Origin: Octopus sinensis
Lineage: Eukaryota
Direction: 5' to 3'
Length of the DNA stretch: 34,595 nucleotides
Assembly: GCF_006345805.1 (NCBI RefSeq)
Contig: NW_021831691.1
Location: 1-34,595, forward strand
The notes below the pieces were generated by a model. It saw only the letters and a list, made by a program, of their open reading frames with translations. It searched no databases and was not told the origin of the DNA. Both the position numbers and the translations under genes were made by a program. This document shows positions 11,091 through 23,473 of the stretch, piece after piece. Every line of letters starts with the position of its first letter. Within the stretch, counting starts at the first letter, position 1.

Positions 11091-11186
11091 AACAATTCTC
11101 CATTGACAACACTTTGCTGAAACGCACACACGCACACACACATACACACACACATATATACAGAGAGGTCAAGTTAAACTGTTCTA

Positions 11187-11214
11187 AATAATAATAATAG
11201 TAATAATAATAATG

Positions 11215-11264
<50 letters not shown>

Positions 11265-11265
11265 T
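11187..11265. repeat. (TAA)n microsatellite
   Basis: Direct reading. Confidence 0.95.
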
Positions 11266-11301
11266 AAGATGATGATGATGATGACGATATATATATATAG
11301 G

Positions 11302-11373
<72 letters not shown>

Positions 11374-12366
11374 CATGTATGTATGCATATATATATATAT
11401 ATAGAATAGATAGATAGATAGATAGATACACACATATATCCATATCATCCATCCATCCATACATACATACATACATACATACATACATGCGATCGTCCAT
11501 CTGCGCCCCTATTTTTCAAACTAAATTTCACCCACACCGCTTTTGTCGGTTCTGTTCTTCCATTAGAAAACACATTTTCTCTTTGGAACATTAGAATTCG
11601 TCATTGCAAATCATGGATTTCAATCACACAACTATTTTTTTTTTTTTTTTTTTTTGCAGCCTCCTGTCCTGCAATTTCTAGAGGAGAAAAGTATATAATA
11701 TGTTGAAATTCTTAATAAATAATGCAAGTATGTCTTACAGAAACACTATTCCAAGAAAACGAAAAAATAATTGATTTTCTTTTTTTTTCTTTTATATAAT
11801 TTCCTTAAGAATAAAAGAATGTTGTGGATAATTTAAGAGTTCTGTTCAAACTGAATATATTGTTAAAATATAGATGGATAAAAAAACATTTTTTTTTGCG
11901 ATGGATGCAATAATAATACTAAAAGGTAATCGTTATATCCAACTTAACGTAGATGTCTTACTAGAACGCCAAATACTGCTAGTATATGAAATGCGAGGTT
12001 CTCTCATTTGGACGCATGATGCAGAAAAGCAGAGGAATATATCGTAGCAGATGAGAATCGTCTGGTATGGGCCCCGGGACTGCCAGCATCACGGGATTTC
12101 ACCGTGCTGTACTTCTTCAGTGACAACTGTCCGGTGACTGAACACCAGCTAAACTTTGCTGTCATGATGCACAGAACATCAGTGCATTTTTGGTCACCGG
12201 TGTAGCAAATAACCAGCAGGCTTATTATGAAATAAGGATTGGCGACGGAAGCAGTATTAGAACCAACATGTAGTCTTTAGGTCCAACTTAATGTAGCTGT
12301 CACGTGATCTGGCATTTCCAGCGCCCATTACAAGACAATTCATGTCTGCTGCGATATATATATATA

Positions 12367-12448
12367 TACGATCGTTTCATGCGACCCCATTTAATTGAAT
12401 GCAAACATTACATTGCTCAATTAAATGGAGTCGCATGAAACGATCGTA
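12367..12448. mobile_element. 82-nt near-perfect hairpin, tiny TA-flanked MITE-like element
   Basis: tacgatcgtttcatgcgaccccatttaattga (12367-12398) is the reverse complement of 12417-12448 with 1 mismatch. Both ends are TA. Confidence 0.55.
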
Positions 12449-12454
12449 ATGCAT

Positions 12455-12534
<80 letters not shown>

Positions 12535-12739
12535 AACCAGGCGTTCGTATGAGAGGACGTTTCGAGGCGAATACCGCAGGAGTTGGCGTTCTAACCAGAC
12601 ATTCGCGTTAACATGGAAATGACAATTGCCTTTTGACAGAAAGATAAATTTTCTTTGTGAGCTTTAACGGAAGCCTAAAGGGTTTGGTCGAAGTGAACTG
12701 AAAAACCATGATGTTGCACAGACTTAGTCGTTGAATGAA

Positions 12740-13020
12740 TATCATCATCATCATCTTCATCATCATTGTCATACTCATTATTATCATTATCATTGTCACA
12801 ATCATCATCATATTCAGCATCACCATCACTATCATTCTCATCACCTTTATCATCATCAGCAGCAACATTTCCATCACCATCACCATCATCGCCATCATCA
12901 CCATCATCACCATCATCATCATCATCATCATCACCGCCCACATCATCAGTAGCAGCATCATCAACATCGTCATCATCATCGTCATCATCATCATCAACAT
13001 CATCATTAGCATCAACATCA
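12740..13020. repeat. Degenerate (CAT)n trinucleotide tract
   Basis: Direct reading. It produces spurious poly-H/I/S/M/D ORFs in several frames. Confidence 0.9.
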
Positions 13021-13304
13021 TAAGGTCAGTTACTCGTTTTCCATGGCATACAAGTGACCCATACGACAACAACCCTCCTGGACGCGAGTAAAGGCGATGC
13101 TCCAGCATGACCGCAGTCAAATAAATGAAACAAGTAAAAGAAGGAAAGAAGAAAAGGAAGGTACTCTCTAAGATGCTCTCATAGTTCTGCCAAACGCGAC
13201 CTTTGTACTTCAATTCTCCTTCATTTTATCGACACAGGTAAAACATTAACAGGTGAAATTGAAGGAAAGATCTTTCCGTATTGGCCTCAAGCAGCCAGGA
13301 ATAT

Positions 13305-13695
13305 TGGTTTCAAATTTTGGGTCAAACGCAGCGGTTTCTGGGGAGGCAATAAGTCCATTACATCGACACAAGTACTTCAGTGATACTTAATTTCACTCCT
13401 CCAAAAAGATGAAAGGCAAAAGCGCCCTCGGCGGAATTTGAACTCAGAACATAAAGACAGACGAAATGCCGATAAGCATTTTTCCCGGCGCGGTTACTAC
13501 GATTCTTTTCTACTCTAGACACTAAGCCCGATATTTTGTGGGAGGGGCCAGTCGATTAAATCGACCCTAATATGCAACTGGTTCTTAATTTATCGACCCC
13601 GAAGGATAAAAGGTAAAATCGACCACGGTGGAATTTGAACTCGGAACATAAGCATTTCGCCCGGCGTGCTAACGATTCTGCCAGCTCGCCGCCTT
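13305..13695 (-). mobile_element. SINE family B, two units in tandem
   Basis: Head aaggcggcgagctggcagaatcgttagcacgccgggcgaaatgctt ends near 13695, and the body (gagttcaaattcc..ctttcatc..taagtaccag/atcgac) occurs twice. Confidence 0.8.
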
Positions 13696-13709
13696 AAAAT
13701 ATGAGAAAT

Positions 13710-13905
13710 ATTGCTTTCAAATATTGACACGAGGCCAGCAATTCCGTGGGCAGAAATAAATCGATTACATCGACTCTAATACTTGAGTGTAGATATTTTT
13801 ACCTGTTCCAAAGAGATTAATGTCGAAGTCAACCTCGATGAATCTCAACACAGAACGAGAAAACGGACGAAATGCGCTAAGGATTTTGCCCGGCGTGCTA
13901 ATGAG
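13710..13905 (-). mobile_element. SINE family B, degenerate
   Basis: ggacgaaatgcgctaaggattttgcccggcgtgctaa and aatattg..tttcaaat..gacacgaggccagc match the other family B copies. Confidence 0.65.
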
Positions 13906-13962
13906 TTCGCCTGTTTAACCCATTTTAACCCAGGTTACCCCTGTCGAAATTTTGAAGATAGG

Positions 13963-14255
13963 CGTAGGAGTGGCTGCGTGGCAAGTAGCTAGCTTACTCC
14001 CCAACCACATGATTCCGGGTTCAGTCCCACTGCGTGGCACATTGGGCAAGTGTCTTCTACTATAGCCTCAGACCGACCAAAGCATTGTGAGTGGATTTGG
14101 TAAACGGAAACTGAAAGAAGCCCGTCGTATATATGTATGTGTGTATATGTTTGTGTATCTGTGTTTGTCCCCCCAACATCGCTTGACAACCGATGCTGGT
14201 GTGTTTATTTCCTCGTAACATAGTGGTTCCGCGAAAGAGATCGATAGAATAAGGC
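13963..14255 (+). mobile_element. SINE family A, 3'-truncated
   Basis: ggcgtaggagtggctgcgtggcaagtagc..gggttcagtcccactgcgtggcac..gggcaagtgtcttctactatagcc..ggaaactgaaagaagcccgtcg. Confidence 0.85.
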
Positions 14256-14956
14256 TTACAACTGTCAAATAACATGTAAAAGAATAAAAGAACAAAAGAA
14301 TAGTTACATAAATAGGGATAACAAACACACGGAAGCGACCAGTAAAGCTTTATTGTAGTAAATAAATAAAATACAATGATTAAATAAATACAACAAACAC
14401 TATTTTGTGTCCAGATAATCTTTATTTCCGTTAATGAACCAAATACAACTGTCCCCAAACGAGGGCACGGGTCAATATGCATTAAGCAGCCCAAAATATT
14501 GATGGTAAAGTGTATAGTATGGATGTAGATGATTATATCGATGCCACAATATATTACTGGTATTATTTTATCGACAATTTACCTGGTAGATAAATGGTAA
14601 AGAATACAATATTAAACATCGTGGAAGTTTTTCCTTTTTTTTTAATTCCTGCAAAAGGTAATAAATTCCTTCAAGTTTTAGAGAAATTGGGGAAAAAAAG
14701 CAATTTACGTTGTATTATGTGATATATAATGAAAATCAGTTTTTGAAAAATACATTGTTGGAAAATAAATGTTATAAAGAAATTTTTTTTTAATTCCCTG
14801 AATAATAAAGAATAGAGTGCTCTGAAAAATATAAGAGTTCTTTACGAAAAGAATAAATTGCCAAAATATTGAAGCAAGAACAACAAAATATGGAAACTGT
14901 TCCAAAACTAAGAGGAAAAAAGTATTGACGTATATGGTTTTCAATTAGAATAATAC

Positions 14957-14991
<35 letters not shown>

Positions 14992-15026
14992 ATATATATA
15001 TAATATATATATATATATATTATATA

Positions 15027-15070
<44 letters not shown>

Positions 15071-15415
15071 GTACGTATGTATGTATGTATGTATGTATGT
15101 ATGCATGTATCTATGTATGTGTGTGTATGTATGTATATATGTATGTATACTTTCATACATATTCACTCATAGATGTTGTTGTTTTTGTTGTGGTTGTTGT
15201 AGAAGAGAAATACACTGTATCTAGAAAAGATTAGGCTGCAGATAAAAAGATAAATAAAAAGGTGATGATATTTTTCATAAAAGCAGTGAAATCTATAACA
15301 TATTTCGAATGTCATTTGCAAAAAAATGAGTAAAATTATAATGGGCTGTTGTTTGTTTGTTTGGTTGTTTTTTTTTGCATCCATAGATAGATAGAGAGAT
15401 AGAGAGAGAGAGAGG

Positions 15416-15476
<61 letters not shown>

Positions 15477-15496
15477 TAGATGGAGAGATAGATAGG

Positions 15497-15547
<51 letters not shown>

Positions 15548-16644
15548 GTAGACAGATGTAGATATGCATATATATTTATAAATATGTATGCATATCGATG
15601 TATGTATGTATGTATGTATGTATGTATGTATGTATGTATGTATGTATGTATGTATGTATGTATGTATGCATGTATGTATGTATGAATAGGTAAAATAAAA
15701 ATAAAAAAGACAGCGTAGAACAAATGTAGTTTGAGAAATAATGCATAAACGTAATGCATTAATGGAAAATTAAAGTGTCTTGACGTTTCGGATATTAGCC
15801 ATTTATCAGAAGAAAGTGTAGTGAGTAAGAGGAGAAATAATCTGTACAAAGAAAGAAGGAAAACACGGGCAAATGGTTCGAAACTAAGTGGAAATGCTGT
15901 TTTATGGGAATGGACTTCAGATGGGAGAAGAGACGCGTGTAAGATGTAGGGATAAGTCTCAGGAAACGACGGTGTGCGTTCGACTCCGTCAAGACTAGGT
16001 CTGTGTGTGTGTATGTGTGCGTGCGCGTGTGTATGTAACTTTTTAGTCGTTTCCTGATTGTAGTGGAGAAAAGAGCGGTGGGGCTGCGAGGTGGACCTCC
16101 CAAATTCTCCACCTCTTTACGCTGATTCGATAACAAAAAGCTATTAAATGGGGGAGAGAGAGAGAAGGACAGACAGAGAAAGACACACAAAGAGAGAAAG
16201 AGAGAGAGTCGGAGAGAGAAATACAGATTAGAGAAATTGACTCGAGTCAATTATATATATTTATTCGAGTCAATTATATATATTTAAAAATACCGGAATA
16301 ATGAAACGTAAATGGAACCACGGAAGGATTCGAACTCTAGAATCAGACAGAACTAATACGCAACGGGTTTACCCATACGATTTAATGATGCTTTCATTTC
16401 GTCACTTTTTGATTAGGCGTATTTTATTTTTTATTTCATTATTTATGTCATTCTTTTGTAAATTTTAAGTTGTTGGTCTTGAGTTTCGAATGCACCAATC
16501 ATTCTCTGCGCCACCGACGACGCGTGTAACAACAAGGTAACAAGAGGTGTTTATGCATTTTGGGGCGAGTGTTGTTTGTGCAACCATATTTCATCAACCG
16601 AAATTATTTTGCCTCAAATCTTAAATTCAGCTGAAGTTGAAGAT

Positions 16645-16775
16645 TCAAAAAGAGACCGATTGAATAAGTACTGGGCTGAGAAAGACTAAGTCCTGGGGTC
16701 GATTTGTTCGACTAAAGGTGGTGCTCCAGCATAGCCGCAGTCAAATGACTGAAACAAGTGAAAGAATAATAGAAT
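16645..16775 (+). mobile_element. SINE family A, 3' fragment
   Basis: agagaccgattgaataagtactggg..ggtgctccagcatagccgcagtcaaatgactgaaacaagt. Confidence 0.8.
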
Positions 16776-16809
16776 TTACAAAATCTTCTTATGGATAAAA
16801 TTCGATTCA

Positions 16810-17520
16810 TTCGGGGTTTTTATCTGAGTATAAGGTGTCCAACAAGGCGGGAGATATGTGACCTCGTAGGATTTTTATATTCTAACTGAACAAAGCAAGA
16901 TGTCTACCTCAATGAACGTTGGCCTCTATAGAGACGACAGGTCTGTTTTATCCAAATACAACTAAGAGCTCGATTTAGACATTTAGAAAAGATATATCTT
17001 CATGTTTAGCTCTTTCGGACTAATAAAAATACAACCGCTAAATGCTTGGGAGTAACTAACTTCTTGTATGCTTTGTTTATCCACAAATGGATTTAAATTG
17101 TTTTCGTAAATTTAGTGAAAGTCTTATATGCATAAAGCTAGACTCCTGCTGCATAGTAGCCATACCACTTGGTGGTGGATTTCCGATATTTTCACGAATG
17201 TATAAATCTTTGATAAGATATCCGTTTACTGTCAAAATGATTTAGACGCCAGCTGGTTCAAATATATAAACTGCGACAAAGTAAGCGAGTACTACATAGG
17301 CATAATCAAAGAAATGTTTAAACAAGCGATTTGCAAACACAGTTCCTCTTTTAATTATAGAAATATGGAAGAAATTGGCCGATTTCAACAGACAGCTAAA
17401 AGAACACGATTCCAATTATTGTATCAAAAGGATGATGATTGGGAGTTGTAATTCTTAGAACTGTAGCGATGCATTACGTTTGTACTGCTAGAAAAACCTT
17501 CCTTCTTAATTAGTCGACAT
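16810..17520 (+). mobile_element. Penelope-like retroelement relic (RT then GIY-YIG), heavily deleted
   Basis: Frameshifted motifs EICDLVG (16851-16871), NVGLYRDD (16915-16938, RT catalytic region) and EYYIGIIKEMFKQAICKHSSSF (17287 onward, YIG half of a GIY-YIG endonuclease), in the order typical of C-terminal-EN PLEs. Confidence 0.65.
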
Positions 17521-17530
17521 AATTCTTACT

Positions 17531-17721
17531 CAGGCGCAGGCGTGGCTCTGTGGTAAATAGCTTGTTTAGCAACCATATGGTGCCGGTGTCAGTCCCACTG
17601 CGTGGAACCTTGGGCCAATGTCTTCTACTATAGCTTCGGGCTGACTAAAGCTTTGTGAGTGGATTTGGTAGATGGAAATTGAAAGACTCCCGTCATATAG
17701 ATATATATATATATGTGTGTG

Positions 17722-17771
<50 letters not shown>

Positions 17772-17875
17772 TGTGCTTGTGTATTTGTATGCGTTTATGT
17801 CTGTGTTTGTCTCCCACCATCGCTTGACAACCGATGTTGGTGTATTTACATCCCCGTAACTTAGTGGTTTAGAAA
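17531..17875 (+). mobile_element. SINE family A, 3'-truncated
   Basis: aggcgcaggcgtggctctgtggtaa..tcagtcccactgcgtgg..gatttggtagatggaaattgaaag, with an internal (TG)n. Confidence 0.85.
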
Positions 17876-17991
17876 TAGCATATGGCATCTATAGCATCTT
17901 CTCTCTGATGTTATTCCATAGTGTTGGCACAGCTTATTATTATTGATACTATTATTATTATTTTTTATTATTATCATTATTATTATTATTA

Positions 17992-20287
17992 CTTTTTTTT
18001 TTCTTCTTTCAAATTTTCTTCCATTTCTTGCCGAGTGTTTTCCCGACTCCTAGGGCAAAGAAACTCATAGTGTATATTGGTAGGCCATTAAAGCAAACTC
18101 AGTAGTTCGTTCATTTTTTTTATTTTTTTTATTTTTTAAAGTTAAATTAAAATACATGAGCAGCAACAGTTCTCACATCGACAATGCTCTTCTCAATACG
18201 TGTGATGTACCAGTTAAGACAATCTTTTGCGCTTCTTGCAGGGATGGTAAGCCAGGGATCATTCTCATATAATTTTCGGTTCCCTTCTTGATCATTCCTA
18301 GTGCTCCTACGATCACTAGTATTGTAACCGCCTTGAGATGCCACATTTTCTCAATTTCAATGAGTAGGTCTTTATATTTTCTGAGCTTGTCAAACTCTTT
18401 CGCTGAGATATTATGATCACAGGGGATGCTCATGTCGATCAATAAGCAAACTTTATTGTTTTGGTCTTTCACAACAATATCTGGTTTATTGGCCTTGATA
18501 GTTCGGTCTGTATGTACTGGAAAGTCCCACAGAATGGTTACTTTTCTCCTTCAGTTACAGCCTCAGGGTGGTGATTATACCACTTGTCGGCAGTTTTGAT
18601 ATTGTAATGCCGACTTATTAGCCAGTGGAGATATTGGCCAACTCTGTCATGTCTTAATTTATACTCCACTGGTGCTAAGACTTTACATCCAGAGATTAGG
18701 CGGTCCAATGTTTCAATCATGTCGTTGCAGAATCGGCATTTTGGGTCTGCTCCATTTTTCATCACATTGGCCTGGTAGTTCCGGGTTAATAGGCTTTGTC
18801 TTGAGCAGCCAGGATGAAACCTTCGCTCTCTGCTTTTAGCCCTGAGCTCCGCAGCCACTGATGGTTTGCTTCTGGTCAACATCAGCTTGTTTGCTGCGGG
18901 TCACATATTTGCCGTGCAGAGGTTTCTCCTCCCACCTATCAGCCAATTGCTCGTGCGCTATTTTCATTGCCATCATTTTCACCTTCTTTGCAACAATAGT
19001 TGCCGTACTTCCCTCGGTTGTTCAGTTTGGGTATCCTGCACGAGATCAATAGCAAATTTTTTGCTTTCCTTGATGATAGAATGAAGCTTCTTTCGTCTCT
19101 CGTGATTTTCCACGAGCTTTAGCATCCAGTCATTCGATATTTCGAGATATTTGCCAGTCCAATTGTGGTTGTTTTGTAAGCTAGTTCAAATTGGATCAGG
19201 CCTCGACCTCCTTGGGCTCTGGGAAGGTAAAGGCGATCTACGTCTGCCTTGGGGTGGTGCATCCTATTACAACTCAGCAGCTTGCGTATTTTTCTATCTA
19301 TATTCTTTACTTCACTCATATTCCAGTTCAACACATTGTAGCTATAAGTAACAACTGGAACTGCTAAGGAATTTATAGCTAACACCTTGTTACGTGCATT
19401 TAGTTCAGATTTCAGGACTGCACGAACTCTCCTATAACATTCCTTCCTGATTTTCTCTTTCATGCTTGCATGCTGAATACCAGAGCCTTCATTTATCCCT
19501 AAATATTTGTATGTCTGTTCTTGCCCAAGCTCTCTTATGACTGTGTCAACATCTAACACGACTGAATTTGTGGTGTCTTCACTTTCCCTTTCTGGAAAGT
19601 GGCCTTGGCACACTTCTCAAGTCCAAACTCCATCCCGATGTCATCGCTGAATGCTTTCACGGTGCGCAATAGGCCTTCAAGTTCATGTTGTCTTTACCAT
19701 AAAGTTTTAAGTCATCCATATAAAATAGATGGCTTATTTTTTTATTGGCAATTTTATATCCATACCCTGTTCTGTTTAATTCACTTGTAAGGGGTATTAG
19801 GGCTATGCAGAATATTAAAGGTGAAAGTGAGTCACCTTGAAAATTCCACAGTTGATGTTTATATTTTCTGAGGCAAGTACTCCATTAGAGTGGTATAATT
19901 GGAGATTCGTATTCCACAACGACATATTGTGCTTCAGGAAGTTTGAAATCACAGGGGAAATTTGAAAGATGTCCAGCGATCTCAAGATCCATGGATGCGG
20001 TATACTGTCGAAGGCCTTTTTATAGTCAATCCATGCGGTGCTGAGATTTCTGCGCTTGTTGTGACAGTTCTCAAGGATCATACGATTGATTAGCAGTTGA
20101 TCTTTGCATCCGTAAGAGCCTCGGTGGCACCCTTTTGTTCAATGGGGAAAATATCGTTCTTCTCCATGAATGCATATGTTTTCTCCGCCAGGATAGATGT
20201 TAGGATTTTATACGTGGTGGATAGACAGGTTATAGGCCGATAGTTTTTTGGAAGGTTGGTTTCGTTATTCTTTGGGAGTAGGTAAGT
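17992..20287 (-). mobile_element. R4/Dong-clade RLE non-LTR retrotransposon, 5'-truncated and frameshifted
   Basis: RT motifs ITYLLPK..NYRPITCL, WIDYKKAFDS, QGDSLSP and FYMDDLKLY (YMDD at 19711-19722). Zn-knuckle CRFC..ETLDRLISGC (His replaced by Arg). RLE motif KPDIVV..IDMSIPCD..KEFDKLRKY. ~150-nt 3' UTR. (TAA)n on both sides. Confidence 0.9.
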
Positions 20288-20288
20288 A

Positions 20289-20356
<68 letters not shown>
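20288..20356. repeat. (TAT)n/(TAA)n tract at the 5' junction of the R4 element
   Basis: Direct reading. Confidence 0.95.
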
Positions 20357-21429
20357 GAACTGAAGCAGCTCAAGCAATGTAAACCTTATCGATTGCACAT
20401 ACATAGTGTATATGATTTGTTTATACTCCCAATTTGCTGCGGGAATCCCTCTGGGAAAAGTCCCTACACAACGCCGAGTGTTCTTTTTATCCGTGTTTAT
20501 ACATGTACGTACAAATGTGAGCGTGTGTATGTGTGTGTATGTGTGTGTTTGTTGGTTTACATATTTGTTCTGTGTATGTAATTATATGTGTAAAGGGATA
20601 CGCTGCATATGTGTGCGTGTACGTCTGCGTTGTTTCCTTTCTCTGATTATGAGTGTGTGAGTATTTCAATGTGTGGACGAGATTATTTATGTATGCCTAT
20701 ATATATATACATGCATCTTACTAGCAGCAATTAAGTTTGGTCTTTCTATCTTTTTTCCCCTTATCCTTCTTTTCTTTTCCATGTTCTTTTCCCTTATCAT
20801 CTTTTATTACTCGCATTAACTTTCCGAATTAATAAACATCCCATTTTTTCGTGCGCCGACTTACCCTTATTGACGCCAGATGGAAGTTAATCAGATCGAA
20901 ATCTCACGTAGCCACACCACAAATTTTAATATGCAGCTAGAAAAATGAAACTACACCGCCCTCTATCTCTCCAAGATAATCTGAGTAGGGCAGGTCATTA
21001 ACTCTTCACCATTCTTTTTAATTACTGGCTTGATTATCACTTTGGAACTGTAACTCTATGGCATATGGCCTCTTATCGGAATTTCCCGTCTAATTTCGAT
21101 ATGGAACGAATTGTAATTGATGCATTGGTTTTTTAACTTTATCGATCAGTTATTGAGCCACTTGTGTTTTTTACACAACCTTTATATAAGCTAGAGACTA
21201 ATCAATTGCTTTTACCAGTCAAGATCACTTGTCTCGGAATCATGGAGGCGTTCCTTATAAACAAATTGATACAAACCATTAACGACAGGATGGAAGTACA
21301 TGAAGTAGACTGGTTGCTCTGGGAACCCCAGTCTGCGCATATCACCTTCCGATTCCCTCTCACTTACTCTTTCCAAACCTACTGATCTGAGCAACGCCCT
21401 TTTCATCCTTCGCTTTTTCTAGAGGGCCT

Positions 21430-22128
21430 GAGGAAAGGATTATAACCCCGAAATATAGAAAGACAAGTTAAAACTGCCACTTTTTTGCACTGAGTATTTT
21501 GCAAAAACATGGAACTGCCACATGTTAAAAACTGGTGGGAACACAAAATACCTCCAGTGGTTGAAAATGACCTCATCTCACTGCTCTGGAACTTCACCGT
21601 TCAAACTGACAGAAAGATAAATGCGAATAGGCCAGACATTATATTGAAGGACTTCAGACAAAAATCATGCCTCCTCATCGATATGACTGTCCCCATTGAC
21701 ATAAATGTATAAAACCTACCAAAAACTGAGCAAGTATAAAGATCTTGAAATAGAAATTGGCAAAATGTGGAACCCGAAGACTAAAACAATACCTGTTGTC
21801 ATAAGTGCCTTAGGAATGATAGCAAAAGGGGCTGATTTCTACCAAGCTCAGATACTAGGAAATCCAAAAATGTCAGAAATTCAAAATATAGTGCCCATGG
21901 AAACTGCCCATGTCCAACGTAAAATACTATCTATGTATTCCCATATTTTAAAACAAACTTGTAATTTTCTTCTTTTCTTAAACATTCTCCAGAACAATAC
22001 TTTGTGCAAAACAAAATATATGGCACCTAGGCATAATACCAACTTGAATCTCTAACTTGTTGTCTCTTGGGGTCTCTGGGTGAGACTTTGAGTCAACTTG
22101 TACAAATACGAAGCAAAAGTCAAACGTA
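21430..22128 (+). mobile_element. Second R4/Dong-like element, 3' fragment (RLE domain and 3' UTR), different subfamily
   Basis: LLWNFTVQTDRKINANRPDIILKD..IDMTVPID..KLSKYKDLEIEIGKMW..TIPVVISALG parallels 18173-18538. It ends in (GAT/TAA)n at 22129-22168. Confidence 0.85.
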
Positions 22129-22165
22129 TGATAATAATGATGATGATAATGATGATGATGATGAT

Positions 22166-22556
22166 AATCCTTTCTACCATAGCCAGAAGGCCTGAAATTT
22201 TGAGCGTAGGGGGGAGCAGTCGGTTAGATCGACTCCAGTACGCAACTGGTCCTTAATTTATCGACTCCGGGAGGATGAAAGGCAAAGTCGACCTCGGCGG
22301 AATTCGAACTCAGAATTTAGCGGCAGACGAAATACCTATTTCTTTACTATCCACAAGGGGCTAAACACAGAGAGGACAAACAAGGACAAACAAACGGATT
22401 AAGTCGATTATATCGACCCCAGTGCGTAACTGGTACTTATTTAATCGACCCCGAAAAGTCGACCTCGGTGGGATTTGAACTCAGAACGTAACGGCGGACG
22501 AAATACCGGTAAGCATTTCGCCCGGCATGCTAACCATTCTGCCAATTCGCCGCCTT
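22166..22556 (-). mobile_element. SINE family B, dimeric (head plus two body units)
   Basis: Head aaggcggcgaattggcagaatggttagcatgccgggcgaaatgctt, with ggtatttcgtc..ctgagttc(a/g)aa..gaggtcgact repeated twice and an (ATC/ATT)n tail. Confidence 0.85.
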
Positions 22557-22565
22557 ACTACTATC

Positions 22566-22601
22566 ACTAATAATAATAATAATAATAATAGTAATAATAA
22601 C

Positions 22602-22660
<59 letters not shown>

Positions 22661-22698
22661 TAATAATAATGATAATGATAATAATGATAATAATAATA

Positions 22699-22738
<40 letters not shown>

Positions 22739-22757
22739 TAATAATAATAATAATAAT
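22566..22757. repeat. (TAA)n microsatellite
   Basis: Direct reading. It explains the poly-N ORF. Confidence 0.95.
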
Positions 22758-23289
22758 ACAGGTTAACTACTTTACGATTATCTCGGGTTTTCTAACACAC
22801 GCTGAGCTGGGCACACGTTTTAATTAGGCCTTCAATTAGGTCACCGTCGAACTAATGATATGCAAATTAGTTTAACCGTATCAGCTACGTTCTAATGTAT
22901 CAAAGCTATAAAAAGCGCCTGGCTATTGAAGTTCCGTTTGAAGGTAGAAGAAATGTGGGGGAGTGCATGTCGTTAGATGAGGGCTCGACAAACTCCGAAA
23001 CACGCTGAGACAATCTTCTTTCATGTGCTGTGTACAGAGACAGAGCAGAATGCATTGGAATCTGTTTAAAATTCCAAAGAGAAATGCGTAAAAAACTGTA
23101 GTTTAACTACAGATTTCTCATACTCGTTGTGCTTTGCATAAATGTTTATTAATTAAAAGTTAAGGTGTGTGCGTGTGCGTGTACGTGTGTATTCAACATG
23201 TTCGTTTGTGTCCAGTACATACATTCATAGAGGGGAATAATCCATCAATAGGTTTCTTAGCCACATGATCCGGATCTCAAACACCTATA

Positions 23290-23319
23290 CACACACACAA
23301 GAGTGTGTGTGCGTATGTA

Positions 23320-23358
<39 letters not shown>

Positions 23359-23422
23359 CCCACGCACTCATAAATGTATAGATATATAGAGATATAAATA
23401 TGTGTGAAAGTAGGTGTGAATG

Positions 23423-23473
<51 letters not shown>

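Noticed and set aside
12608-13213. 201-aa ORF and overlapping poly-H, poly-D and poly-S ORFs
   Set aside because: All arise from the degenerate (CAT)n tract, which is open in several frames on both strands, and there are no supporting splice signals.
20865-20936. Minus-strand segment with a strong tttcatttttctAG acceptor and an AGG|GTAAGT donor
   Set aside because: There are stop codons in all three frames, so it is not a coding exon. It could be a UTR or non-coding exon, and it shows that such signal pairs are not sufficient evidence.
21050-21420. Possible RTE-type LINE debris on the minus strand (LVSSLYKG, LIDKVKK, QFVP)
   Set aside because: It is too fragmentary and interrupted by stops to support a call without an alignment.
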